A stretch of DNA of 63,201 nt, filler included, from Stramenopiles sp. TOSAG23-2 (GCA_900128395.1; 47 parts of 47 records of this genome joined end to end with filler, not necessarily neighbours in it); one strand, 5' to 3'. Shown: positions 25,031 through 36,895, counted from the whole stretch's first letter. Translations and numbers: made by a program. The notes: generated by a model not told the origin, from the sequence alone.

Positions 25031-25142
25031 TTAATGATTTAAATCACCATTACCTCTTCCTACATTTCTACCATTTTCATCATAATAATTTGCTTTTCCA
25101 CCTTTTGAACGTAAAAGTGCAATGATCTCTTGGCGAATTGGA
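25031..25142 (-). repeat. Isolated duplicate of the ankyrin family C-terminal cassette (copy C)
   Basis: PIRQEIIALLRSKGGKANYYDENGRNVGRGNGDLNH*, 12 nt downstream of the copy B stop; differs from B at three codons. Confidence 0.85.
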
Positions 25143-25154
25143 GTAAAGCGAGTT

Positions 25155-25584
25155 TTAATCATTTAAATCACCATTACCTATTCCTACACGTCTACCATTT
25201 TCATCATAATAATTTGCTTTTCCACCTTTTGAACGTAAAAGTGCAATGATCTCTTGGCGAATTGGACTACGATTATTACGATATGCCCAGTCCAGGGGAG
25301 TGAATCCCCTGATGGACTTCTTGTTAATACTATCAAGAGACATATGAGTTAATAACAATTGAATCAACTCAGTAGTCGTTTTGTTATTATATGCTGCATA
25401 ATGTAATGCATTCGATCCACCACTATTTGCAATATTAGGATCAGCTTCACCTTGTTCAATTAAATATTGAACTACTTGGAAATGTTCGTACGCTGCAGCT
25501 GCCATTAAAGGTGTACATTCACCACCACTACTACTTCTACCGACTTGACTCACCATATCTTTCAATGTCATATCATCTCTGTAG
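25155..25584 (-). CDS. Ankyrin-repeat family protein (copy B), 5' partial
   Basis: Three ankyrin units: TPLMAAAAYEHFQVVQYLIEQGEADPN, NALHYAA, TPLDWAY. Confidence 0.9.
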
Positions 25585-26586
25585 NNNNNNNNNNNNNNNN
25601 NNNNNNNNNNNNNNNNNNNNNNNNNNNNTTAATTAATTAANNNNNNNNNNNNNNNNNNNNNNNNNNNNNNNNNNNNNNNNNNNNAGGTATAGGTTGTTGA
25701 AACGAGCGTAGTAGAGACTTTGTGTGCTTGTTTTTAAAGCGTGAGATTAGTAAAACATTAAACAAAAATAATACGAATATATAAAATATATTTGAAACGA
25801 GCGTAGTAGAGACTTTGTGCTATATCAGTGCCAAAATTTAATTTTACACCCATGATTATATACGAAGCTTCGTATACAACGAGAAATTAAAAATTTAAAA
25901 TAAAAACTTTCGTAGGTTAAATTTCATATCGAATTTACTGTACCTTTTAGATATGTGTGAAATTCTTACACGCATATCTCATACTAGTATATAAAAATAA
26001 TTCTCTTATTTCTCATATATACGTATTTATTTTTTATATACGAGTACTTCGTATATGATATCTCGTTCCGCTTGAACCCTACTCTTCAACTCTAATATAA
26101 TGCTATTCCTATACTAATATTTTCGGTCCCATTGGTTCCGATTTAACAATCTGCCGGGCCAGCTGGGCCAGCTAGCCAGCTAGCTAGAGCTAGCTGGCTT
26201 GTTGTTTTAGTCCATTTAGTGAGCTACTATACCTTAACCTAATATGTAGGAACTATACCTGTATATTATACAGTACAGTATACGTATGATGTCACACCTA
26301 TTACCGTGGTGCTGGTACCTGTACAGTACACCTGTACAGTATTAGAATTCGTTATTGCGCTAACCAGGAACTTCTCCCTCTCTGACTATATTATACTGTA
26401 CTGTAATGATGCACACACATGTTCACAGTTATTTCCAATTTTATTATATATGCAGTACACATTTTTTACTCAGTATGTCAAGAAGATTTTAATGTTCCGG
26501 ATTCCATACACTATGTATATTTAAGAGAAAGACGTATAATATATTTTCGATTGTTTAATGCCTTTTAATATATATATATAATAAAA

Positions 26587-26932
26587 ATGAGAAGACGAAG
26601 AGAACAGAAAAAGGATATTAAAATCTTGGATAGAAATGATCAAACAAATAATCAATATGATAATGATGATAATGATGAAATTATATTATTAGATAATAGT
26701 AGTAATGATGATGATAATACGATTATTGATGAAGATAATGGTGAAATAGATGATTCGAATATGATATTTGATCTAGATGATGAAACATTTCATGACAGTA
26801 GTGAAACAGATGAAGAATTTATTAAAGCACAAAAACAGCATGAAGAAACGTCAGCAATTTCATGAATGGGCTGAGGCATCAAGCGAATTTTCTAAAAAAT
26901 CAGCAATTTTAAGAAATATTAAGCAACGCCTT
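26587..26932 (+). CDS. Acidic hypothetical protein N-terminus with a frameshift near 26847
   Basis: Frame 1 KAQKQHEE continues as KRQQFHEWAEASSEF in the overlapping frame. Confidence 0.5.
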
Positions 26933-27032
26933 NNNNNNNNNNNNNNNNNNNNNNNNNNNNNNNNNNNNNNNNNNNNTTAATTAATTAANNNNNNNNNNNN
27001 NNNNNNNNNNNNNNNNNNNNNNNNNNNNNNNN

Positions 27033-27088
27033 CGATATATTTGTATACCATTCACTTCCCACACTTCAATATATTTTCTTAGTTCCAT
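27033..27088 (-). CDS. Probable start of a gene (MELRKYIEVWEVNGIQIY), truncated by the contig end
   Basis: ATG with an open frame to the contig edge; motif cluster ~100 bp upstream. Confidence 0.3.
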
Positions 27089-27182
27089 ACATATCTATTA
27101 AAAAATACAACAAAACAAACAACAAACAAATTTAAAATTCATTCCGCCCGGGCAATCATCGCAGCCATCATCAGTACGCACG

Positions 27183-27213
27183 TACCAGGTAATACAGGTT
27201 AAGGTACCAGGTA
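27183..27213. promoter_or_regulatory. Compound element TACCAGGTA-ATAC-AGGTTAAGGTACCAGGTA
   Basis: Two recurrent words overlap within 31 bp upstream of a putative ATG. Confidence 0.5.
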
Positions 27214-27787
27214 AAACTCAATATAGATAGTTTGTACCGGTTTAGGTATATTATTATTATTAGAATTATATTTTATATAGGGGAAATTGTAAAGTATCAC
27301 ACCAAATGTCGGATATACTAAAATTATCAAAAGTTTGTTAGCTTTTTCCTTAATGAACTAGAATAATCAATTTAATAGAATTAGAACCTCATAAATCAAA
27401 CAGAAATACTAATCTCATTGCTCGATTTCCATCTATCAAAAGACCCATTAACAATGCCATTGTTTTAAATTAGACTAAAATACATGATGATTTTGGTTTG
27501 GAGATATACGAGAATCTTATATTGGTTGTGTTGAAAGATGGAATTGATTTATTTTATACTATTTTTGCAGTTCTTCTCTACGTGTAAATGATGTATCATT
27601 TGTGTCATACATGTTCTTTTATATATATATACTGTACATGTTTGGGATATTTATATTTCGCGAAAAATGTGTACGGAGGTGAAAATGTACTTGGTGTATA
27701 CTAAATAGAGGAATATTTACCTATTTTATTTCTATCCAGACTAGGATTTTAATTTACACACACAGCGGGAAAAGGACGAACTACTTT

Positions 27788-28280
27788 TTACATTCCTAAT
27801 CGATTTTTACATCTTTGTATCATTCTTAGAGCATCTTTTGTGTCTCGATGATCATCACCTAGTTTATCTTTCCATATATTGTACGACTTGTTGAAACATT
27901 CTAATGCTTCTTTGTATTTCTTTTGATTTTTATATAAGTCACCAATGTTATAATATGTCATTGCAACATCAGTATGATCTTTACCTAATTTATTTATATA
28001 AATATCTAATGATTTATTATAATATTCTAATGCTTCATCGTATTTATTTTGTGCTCGATAAACTATTGCTATATTATTATATGATGTTGCAACCTTAGTA
28101 TGATCTTTACCTAATTTATTTATACGAATATCTAATCCTTTATTATGATATTCCAATGCTTTATCATATTCAGCTTTATTATCAAAAACACACCCAATTA
28201 TATGATACGAATCACCAACATCAATATGATCTTCATCCAATACTTTCAAACGTATTTTTAAACTTTTCATACAATATTCC
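27788..28280 (-). CDS. TPR protein with 42-aa (kinesin light chain/NPHP3-type) repeats, 5' partial
   Basis: LGKDHTKVATSYNNIAIVYRAQNKYDEALEYYNKSLDI pattern repeated with a 126-bp period. Confidence 0.9.
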
Positions 28281-28514
28281 NNNNNNNNNNNNNNNNNNNN
28301 NNNNNNNNNNNNNNNNNNNNNNNNTTAATTAATTAANNNNNNNNNNNNNNNNNNNNNNNNNNNNNNNNNNNNNNNNNNNNTATTAGATTTAAACAGTTGA
28401 ATAAATGGAATGGAACAATATATCTTTCATAAAAATATACATAAATTGTTGTTTTTTCTTTGATATTATTGATAGAAATATTGAAGAAAGTTTTTAACAA
28501 TAGCAGGCATCACA

Positions 28515-29189
28515 ATGTCAGCGAATTATAGAGGTTTGAATTACCATGGTGGTGGAACATATCAAGAATCAAATATGAATAATACCAGAGCACGTTTTAA
28601 TGCTGCTTCCTCACCAAATAATAATAATAATTATAATCATCATATATTAAGTACACCATCGTCCAACCAAGGTGATACTTTATTACCGTCTATTAGCTCA
28701 CGAAAAAGCTCGCCCAGAAAATCATTCGCCGCCAAAGATGGTGGCTTTGGTAAATCGTCCCTCCTTTTATGTTTCATATCATTAACACTTTTTGCTTTAT
28801 GTATATATTTAATTTTTACTCGAAAATGTGCTACAAGGTCTGATTATGAAGCTTTGCAAGAAGAACATGAATTATTAAAAATGAAATTGTCTGAAGTAAA
28901 GTCAATCAGTTTAAATTTAAAAGCAAAGCATCAACGGCGATCAAAAGTTTTGCAAAATTTATATACGTCCAATTCTAAATTACGTGTTATGTTAAAAGAA
29001 GTTTGTATGGTACACGTTCCGGACGCTCTGAAACATGAAAACGAAGGAATAGAAGATTTTAAATTAGACAAAAAACATGATGAGAAGAAGAAGAATATAA
29101 AAGTAGAAACATTAGCCAAAAATAAGAAAATGCAAGAGGCAAAGTTAGAGTCGGATCAAAATAAAAAAGAGCCAAGTGGGCCATCATAA
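28515..29189 (+). CDS. Type II membrane protein with a coiled coil
   Basis: Complete ORF; one TM segment LLLCFISLTLFALCIYLIF followed by heptads. Confidence 0.7.
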   Translation: MSANYRGLNYHGGGTYQESNMNNTRARFNAASSPNNNNNYNHHILSTPSSNQGDTLLPSISSRKSSPRKSFAAKDGGFGKSSLLLCFISLTLFALCIYLIFTRKCATRSDYEALQEEHELLKMKLSEVKSISLNLKAKHQRRSKVLQNLYTSNSKLRVMLKEVCMVHVPDALKHENEGIEDFKLDKKHDEKKKNIKVETLAKNKKMQEAKLESDQNKKEPSGPS

Positions 29190-29435
29190 ATATAGTTATA
29201 TACATACAATTTTTACGAACCGTGTGTATTAATTCTTTCTTTAGAAAGATAGTTTGATAGTTTTTTCTCTTACACACGCAAGAATATTTAATGCGGATCA
29301 AAATAAAAAAGAGCCAAGTGGGCCATCATAAATATAGTTATATACATACAATTTTTACGAACCGTGTGTATTAATTCTTTCTTTAGAAAGATAGTTTGAT
29401 AGTTTTTTCTCTTACACACGCAAGAATATTTAATG
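29152..29435 (+). repeat. Tandem duplication (~142-bp unit) spanning the stop codon and 3' flank
   Basis: CGGATCAAAATAAAAAAGAGCC... begins at both 29152 and 29294. Confidence 0.9.
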
Positions 29436-29767
29436 ATATGACATATAAGTATTTTATCACTTCGTATGATATGCATATGATATCAATAACCATATCATAT
29501 CATACAGTACTCTTCGTACATCATACGAACGCGTATAATTTTATATTCGCATATATTGACATATGGTGTACACATTTCTATTTCTATTTAACTCAACTAA
29601 AAACAATATCATCGCCTCCTAAACCCCANNNNNNNNNNNNNNNNNNNNNNNNNNNNNNNNNNNNNNNNNNNNTTAATTAATTAANNNNNNNNNNNNNNNN
29701 NNNNNNNNNNNNNNNNNNNNNNNNNNNNGAATTCGTCTCACATAACACGCAGAGACCTAGATGCTGC

Positions 29768-30975
29768 TTACATCGCACCCATTGGCATGAACATCATCAT
29801 ATATAACATCATATTCATCATGGTATTCATCATTGTACTTTGTGGTTGTTCATTTGGTGGTTTAAAAAATTGTGCAGCAGATGGCGGAAGTAAACTTCCA
29901 TATACAATAGCGGCTAATTCTTGTCGAATTTGTGGAAATGCATGGAATGGTGCAACTTGCGTCCCAAAAAATACTTGAATCTCTTGGACAGGATCATTCC
30001 AATATTCTGTACCTAAATCACCTAAATAGGAATAGGTATTTTTACTACCAGCTAAATTAGATGTTGCAGGATCTTTAATGATACTAAAACCACCAAGTCC
30101 AACCGTTTGACCTGGCGAATTCAATCCAAGATTTGGATGAAATCCAGCAGAACTTCCTTTATCTTTTGAATGTGTATTAAAATCAGGATTGGACAATTTC
30201 CCATTCACAGTATCTGCTTCAATCATTAATAGTTTCATTTCATTAGATAATATTTTTCGTCTTTGATTTGTATTATTATTATTATTATTATTAGTATTAT
30301 TGTTATTCGATAAGAAAGCTTGAAATTTCATCATATCCGATGCGGTACTACAAATACCATTTACGGATAAACGTTGTGTGCTATTGCTACGACTACTTTT
30401 AGAAGGTGGTATACGCTTTGTTGGGGATGTACGCCATCCTAACCATGACGTATGGCCTTCATCTTCACCAGTTAAATATAAACCAAATGTACCTGTATAT
30501 GCTGGTACTGCTAAATGTTGCTCCGTCGTTCGTTCCATTTTTTCATCTTGAACGACCCAATCCGTATCTAACATATTCAATGGTTGCAATATACGTTCTT
30601 TTACAAACACATCAAGTGGTTTACCAGTTACTTTGGTAATAATATACGATATTACTTCCATCCCATGGCTTTTGCGAAAACCATTACCTGGTTGATATAG
30701 TAATGGAATTTTCACCATTTCTTTTTCAATAATATTTTGTGTTACATCATTATTATCACTTTGTAATAATTTATTACAAATAGTTTGAGCTTGTACATCT
30801 AATGTTTTAATAGCACTATCATTTGAATGGTATGGCCTACCAGCGGGGAAACCCCATGTATGATTTAATAAATGCTTTATTAATATAGGTTCATCCAACG
30901 GATCTGTTGCATAAGCTGTACCTTTTCTCGTTGCTGGCATTTTTAATACTCGAAATTCTGCAAATGATGGTATAT
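29768..30975 (-). CDS. Beta-lactamase-fold (AmpC/EstB family) serine hydrolase-like protein, 5' partial
   Basis: IKHLLNHTWG, PLLYQPG, TGKPLDVFVKERILQPLNMLDT, GICSTASDMMKF, GTEYWNDP. Confidence 0.85.
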
Positions 30976-31075
30976 NNNNNNNNNNNNNNNNNNNNNNNNN
31001 NNNNNNNNNNNNNNNNNNNTTAATTAATTAANNNNNNNNNNNNNNNNNNNNNNNNNNNNNNNNNNNNNNNNNNNN

Positions 31076-31106
31076 GTAGCAGCAAATAATAATGTTGTAA
31101 AACATA

Positions 31107-31149
<43 letters not shown>

Positions 31150-32089
31150 AACCAACAATATGATGAGTAATTCAAATAATAATGCTCGTAATGGTCGTAA
31201 TGTAGATGGTGTAGGAGGAGGAGGTAGGATGTATAATAATAATAATAACAACAACAACCGACAACAACCACGACCACCACCACCACCGCAACAAGGATAT
31301 TATGGTGTTCGTTGTCCACCTGCACCACCAATGCAATCACAACAACAAGGTCCTTATCGAGGAGGAAGAGGAGATAATATAGATTGTCCAAATAAAGGAC
31401 CATCATCTGGTACAGAAGCATCATTATCTCTTGCTGGGGGTAATAATGGCGATGACTCTCGAAGCAATGATAATAATAATAATAATATCAACAGAAGAAG
31501 AAATACTAATAATTATATTTCCAATCGTGGACCGCCTAATGGACCACCACCGCCAAGACGTAACCAAGCACCACCACCGAGACGTAATCAAGCACCACCA
31601 CCACCACCACCACCACCAAGTGGTAATAATACTAACAACAGAAATGTTAATAATACTAACAACAGAAATGGTAACAATACTAACAACAGAAACGTTAATA
31701 ATAATAATAATAATAATGGAGGTGGCGGAGGAAGTAAACGATGGAGAGAACCTGGTGAAGTTGTTGAAGATAATAATACTAACAACAGAAACGTTAATAA
31801 TAATAATAATAATAATGGAGGTGGCGGAGGAAGTAAACGATGGAGAGAACCTGGTGAAGTTGTTGAAGATAATAATAATGACAATCGACGCGATGATAGA
31901 TACAATGACAATCGACGTAATGGTAGAGATACACGTAGAGATTTTCGTGGTGGATCTGATAGAAGAAGCAGAGGAGGAGGAGGTGGAAGAAGAAGAAGAA
32001 ATAACAATAATCGTGATCGCCGTAATGGTAATAATAATAACAACAACAATAATAATAATAAAAGAAAGCGTAGATGGGCAGGAGATTAA
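31076..32089 (+). CDS. Low-complexity Asn/Pro/Arg-Gly-rich C-terminus, probably an RNA-binding or RNA-processing protein
   Basis: Poly-N, poly-P and RGG/RD tracts; in-frame 99-bp duplication at ~31675-31872. Confidence 0.65.
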
Positions 32090-32422
32090 AAAAAAGGGAA
32101 AAAAGGGAAATATATATGGAAGAGGGTTGTGGCTTTATGTAGAGCAATCTCTTGAAGAAAGCTTTTAGAGGGGTATATTTAATTAGTGTGTGAGTGTAAA
32201 CAGGGAGAGTAAGAGTGTAAACAACATTTTCCCCGTAGCACACTGGATAACAAGAGTTAGTTTGCATCATTTCAAGGGTCCAAATGTCGTTGTATTCCAT
32301 GACTTACAACACTTTTGAAGGCNNNNNNNNNNNNNNNNNNNNNNNNNNNNNNNNNNNNNNNNNNNNTTAATTAATTAANNNNNNNNNNNNNNNNNNNNNN
32401 NNNNNNNNNNNNNNNNNNNNNN

Positions 32423-33668
32423 AATTCTATAACAATTTTAGACATATATCCTTTCTCGCTGACTAGAATTCTTCTTCTTCTCCCTGATCCATATAACCAT
32501 ACATTTTCCAGCTTCTTTACACAATTGTCCTTGTCGGAAACTATTTTTTTTTTTTTGTCGGAAAACCAATTAAACGTATAATGTTTTTTGTTTTTTTTAC
32601 CAGGGAAATATATTTCAATATACTTTTTTAATTCATAATATTGCTTGCATACCATCTTAAAGTCAGAAAATATTTCAGTTACAGAGCCAAACGCTGTGTT
32701 CATAAATGCCGTATTGTTTACACCAGAGGCAACTTGAACTACCGCCTTATCGGTTGTAGTCATTTTCTGATTTGTTTGGTAACTATTCACGAATGAAATG
32801 TCCCCGCAAATATTAAAGCCTCTATTTTTATGAAAAATCCAGACCGGCCGACCTCCATTCAATACAATAAAATGAGCCCTGTAAAAGAAGTTTTTTGTCC
32901 ACTGCATACATTTGCAAGGACCATTTAAACCCTTCTTGCCTTCAAAGTGCTTATCTGTACCACAATAAGGCAATTTGACTTTCTTACGCAAATCAGGCAA
33001 GCTACAGACACGGGTTATTTCTGTCAAATCATAGCTTGTATTGCTGGAAGTAGTTACATCTTCTGGTACTCCAATCACACCAGTGCATTTGAAATCTTGC
33101 GGCGTGCCACTTTTGTTGCCATAGGCTTTGCTAAAGTCTTTTAACAACTTTGGCTTGATCCCTAACAATACCTGAATTTGTGGTCTCGTAAAATTATTGT
33201 GGGGGTTCATGGCTGCTATAATTTGTTGTGGCCGCAGAACACAAATACCACCATTTAATCGACACACCTCGTCACTCGCAATGCCATATTTGGGATGTAA
33301 AGCTGGTGTAGCTAGGCACTTTACTCCTGAACTACAAGTTCCATAAGATTTAAACTTCCCATCATTGCAAAGTTCCTTCAATATCGTATCACGGCAGAAT
33401 TTATCTTGTATTTGACGAAACAGACGGTCCTGGAACTTTGTGCAATAACCACCTGCTAACATGCAATCAATGTGGTTAGCCACTCCTGTTTTTGGTTCCT
33501 TCATTTTAGGGCGACAACACTGTTTATTCTCGCTGCACACACCAATTTGAACACCATATGTATGAGGAGAATTTGCACAATTACTGACACATTTACCTTT
33601 TTTCTCGTCGCATCCCTCTTTTGATTTAACCCTCCAGACTTGATGAATTACTTGATCGTGCTCGTATA
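32423..33668 (-). CDS. Cys-rich probable extracellular protein, partial
   Basis: Long open frame; repeated C..xGGxC modules; RRRRIL motif. Confidence 0.6.
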
Positions 33669-33768
33669 NNNNNNNNNNNNNNNNNNNNNNNNNNNNNNNN
33701 NNNNNNNNNNNNTTAATTAATTAANNNNNNNNNNNNNNNNNNNNNNNNNNNNNNNNNNNNNNNNNNNN

Positions 33769-33975
33769 TACAGCATCTAAAGTACCATTATGACCTTTAC
33801 GTATCTTAACTGGCACTGGTAATTCTAAAAAATCCAATGCTTGTGGTTTAATTTTTAAATTTTTTAAACTAACTTCTCCACTCCAAACCGATGCTTCAAT
33901 ATTATCCGACGATATTCCATCTAAATACCTTCCACAATAATTTTGTAATATTGTTGTTATAATCCGTTTCGCCAT
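33769..33975 (-). CDS. VPS13: VPS13-family lipid transfer protein, chorein N-terminus, 3' partial
   Basis: MAKRIITTILQNYCGRYLDGISSDNIEASVWSGEVSLKNLKIKPQALDFLELPV. Confidence 0.9.
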
Positions 33976-34422
33976 ATTATATTTGTTATATGTTTTTAAA
34001 AAATATGTATGGCTACACTCTTTGTCGATCACTCAATTCGTTGAGTGATAAATTCTCACAGATAATTTGTTGAATGATCAGGTATTGATATTTTTTTGTA
34101 TTAAATATTTTTCTATTTTGTTTTTTTACTACTTATCATTTGATGATTATATATAATATATTCTTCTCATCAATTCCACTCTCTTCTTTTTTTGATGATG
34201 TGCAAGCACATGCTTGTTCCAAATAATAATATATAATGATGATGATTGAAAATACAAATGAAAAATGCATTAGATAGAACATAATAAAACACAAGATATA
34301 TATTAGACGTGACAAATAATAATAATACGAAACAAAAGATTAGAAAATAGTAAGTATAATAACAATAAATTATTGATCGTCTCACCCGTACATACATACG
34401 TATATATATATGTACGATAATC

Positions 34423-35013
34423 ATGTCACGTGTAGTGAAAGATAATAATAATAATAATAGTGATAATAAAATAATTGTAGGAAAAGAATTGAACGAAAAA
34501 TATTTTCCACACCATCCAAAGAATATCTTACGGATGAATAATGGTTCCTTTGGTGCATGCCCAAATGCTGTTTTAGAATTAGCAAACGAGAGGAGGCAAG
34601 AATGGTTGAAATGCCCAGATATTTTATGGGGTAATGCGATACCAAATGGTATGGGAGAAGCAAGAACAGCAGTTGCAAAATATGTTGCTCATTGTGATGT
34701 TGAAGATATTGTTGTGATTGAAAACGTAACTGTTGCTTCTACTATGATGACATATTGGTTGGTAGATGATGTGTTAAAACTAGCTATTGATGAAAAGACA
34801 ATGACTATAAATCCTGGACCATATGTTATCCTTACGACAAATTATAATTATAATGCTGTCAAATCATCGCATGAAGCGTCAAAACAGAAATTACAAGGAT
34901 ACAATATTAATTTAATTATTGAAGTGGTGAATATACCATTTCCTTTGAATTCATCAAATGAAATTGAAAATGTTTATGAAAAAAAAATGCAAGAATTAAA
35001 TGAAATATGTACG
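34423..35013 (+). CDS. Class-V PLP enzyme (L-cysteine desulfhydrase / Egt2 / isopenicillin N epimerase family), 3' partial
   Basis: MNNGSFGACPNAV, ARTAVAKYV..DVEDIVVIENVTVA, YNAVK. Confidence 0.85.
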
Positions 35014-35599
35014 NNNNNNNNNNNNNNNNNNNNNNNNNNNNNNNNNNNNNNNNNNNNTTAATTAATTAANNNNNNNNNNNNNNNNNNNNNNNNNNNNNNN
35101 NNNNNNNNNNNNNTCCAATGTCTACTTGTATTTTACATATGTGGTGCTATGATATTTTTTTTACGAAAGAAGATTATTTGGTGTAAAAAATGTAATAAAT
35201 ACATAACATAACCGATTATTTTGTTCAAGCACTCTATAACTCTACCACTGGTGGTACGCGTATCGCAACTTAAACTGCTATCACATTTAGTAAGAAGGTA
35301 AATAGCATCCGTATTCCGTATAGTATACGACTGTGCTATTTATATGCTAATATCTGAGCTCGGATGAAAAATTATCACTTTCGCGTGAACATGTGAACAT
35401 CACCCCTCTTCTGTACACGCTTCTTTTTCATCATCACTATTTTTATTATTCAACACACTTCACACTTTACAAAAACAAATATGATGAAAAATGAAATACG
35501 AATACAAAAAAAAACATTGAACACCTACATATTCATGTGAAAACATACAACTAGTTGTAGTTGATAATAATAATAAAAAGCGATACGTATTGAATTAAA

Positions 35600-36358
35600 A
35601 TGGCATCATTAACAGTGGAAACTTGGCAATGTGATGCATGTGGTAAAGAAAGTGATGTAAAATTACGACTATGTGGAGGATGTAGAAGCGTATATTATTG
35701 TGATTCAAAATGTCAAAAAAGTCACTGGGATAATGGTCATAAAAAGGACTGCAAAACGATCAAAAGCAAAAAGAAATATGAGGCATATATGGACAAAGGT
35801 CAGATGCATAGCAAGGCATATGATTTAAAGGATGCAAAAAAATATCAAAAACGCGCATTTAAAATAGCAAAAGAAAATGAAGAACCAGAAGATATTGCGA
35901 GATCTTTCTATCAAAAAGGGATTATTTTAACGAAAGAAGGTAGAAACGATAAAGCATTGAAATGTTTTAAGAAATCATTGAAAATTTACATTGATATATT
36001 TGACGATGAAAATCATCCTGTTGTTGCAGCAACATATAATGAAATGGGATCAGTTTACTATGGTCAAGGTAAAAAGGATGGCTTCAATACAACAGGCAAG
36101 AAACGAAGAAGAAGCTCATTTCGTAGAAATAGCAGTAGTGAAGGCACTCCTCGCGCAAATAATGGTGGTGGTAGCTCCCTCAAATCTTCATCAAAACGCA
36201 GCTTGCTTGGAGGTAGCAACAAATCACGCCGTAAATTATTCAACAAAAGTAGCAGTAACAGTGGCAAATCAGTACCCAAACGCCATCTTTCAAAAAGCAA
36301 GAGTCATCATGCTAAACGAAGTCCATCAAATGGTAGTAGCAAAAGTAAACGAGACTTG
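35600..36358 (+). CDS. MYND zinc finger plus TPR protein with a basic Ser-rich tail, 3' partial
   Basis: CDACG...LCGGCRSVYYCDSKCQKSHWDNGHKKDC; ENHPVVAATYNEMGSVYYGQG TPR. Confidence 0.85.
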
Positions 36359-36666
36359 NNNNNNNNNNNNNNNNNNNNNNNNNNNNNNNNNNNNNNNNNN
36401 NNTTAATTAATTAANNNNNNNNNNNNNNNNNNNNNNNNNNNNNNNNNNNNNNNNNNNNGACGAGAGGATAGAATATACATATTCAAAAAATAATAAATAA
36501 TAATAAATATAATAAAAAATATAATAGCAAAACGTAATCAATTCTAAAAAAATGTTGATATCAGAAAAATTGTATAGTTACATATGCATATACATATATT
36601 ATTCCCACCGCGACTTTTCCCTCTGATAACAAACGAGAAAGAAAGCATTGTTGTTTTAAAGAAAAA

Positions 36667-36863
36667 ATGCCAAAACGAAGAAATGAATCTACGGATAGTA
36701 TTGAAACAAATGTTGTGAAAAAAAAAAAAGGAAAAAATGTATTAAAAAAAAAAAAAAAAGGAAATAATGTATTAAAAAACATATCACCAAACATTTCAAC
36801 AACTGATGAAACAAATACATCTAGAACTATTCGTCAAAAATCGACGCCTACGGCAACAACAAT

Positions 36864-36895
<32 letters not shown>

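Noticed and set aside
25031-25270. Diversity-generating retroelement TR/VR pair in the ankyrin tail
   Set aside because: Differences are not adenine-specific (AGA/ATA, CAT/GAT) and no reverse transcriptase is visible
25697-25819. 28-bp direct repeat TTGAAACGAGCGTAGTAGAGACTTTGTG as a CRISPR repeat
   Set aside because: Only two copies, an AT-rich 67-bp gap, at a contig edge; a local duplication
29768-30975. Antibiotic-resistance beta-lactamase
   Set aside because: EstB-like family features with the catalytic Tyr absent; the fold is common in eukaryotes
31020-32300. Overlapping poly-Leu/Ile/Tyr/His ORFs, and similar shadow ORFs throughout the track
   Set aside because: Alternative-frame or antisense readings of AAT/CCA/GAT microsatellite-like coding sequence
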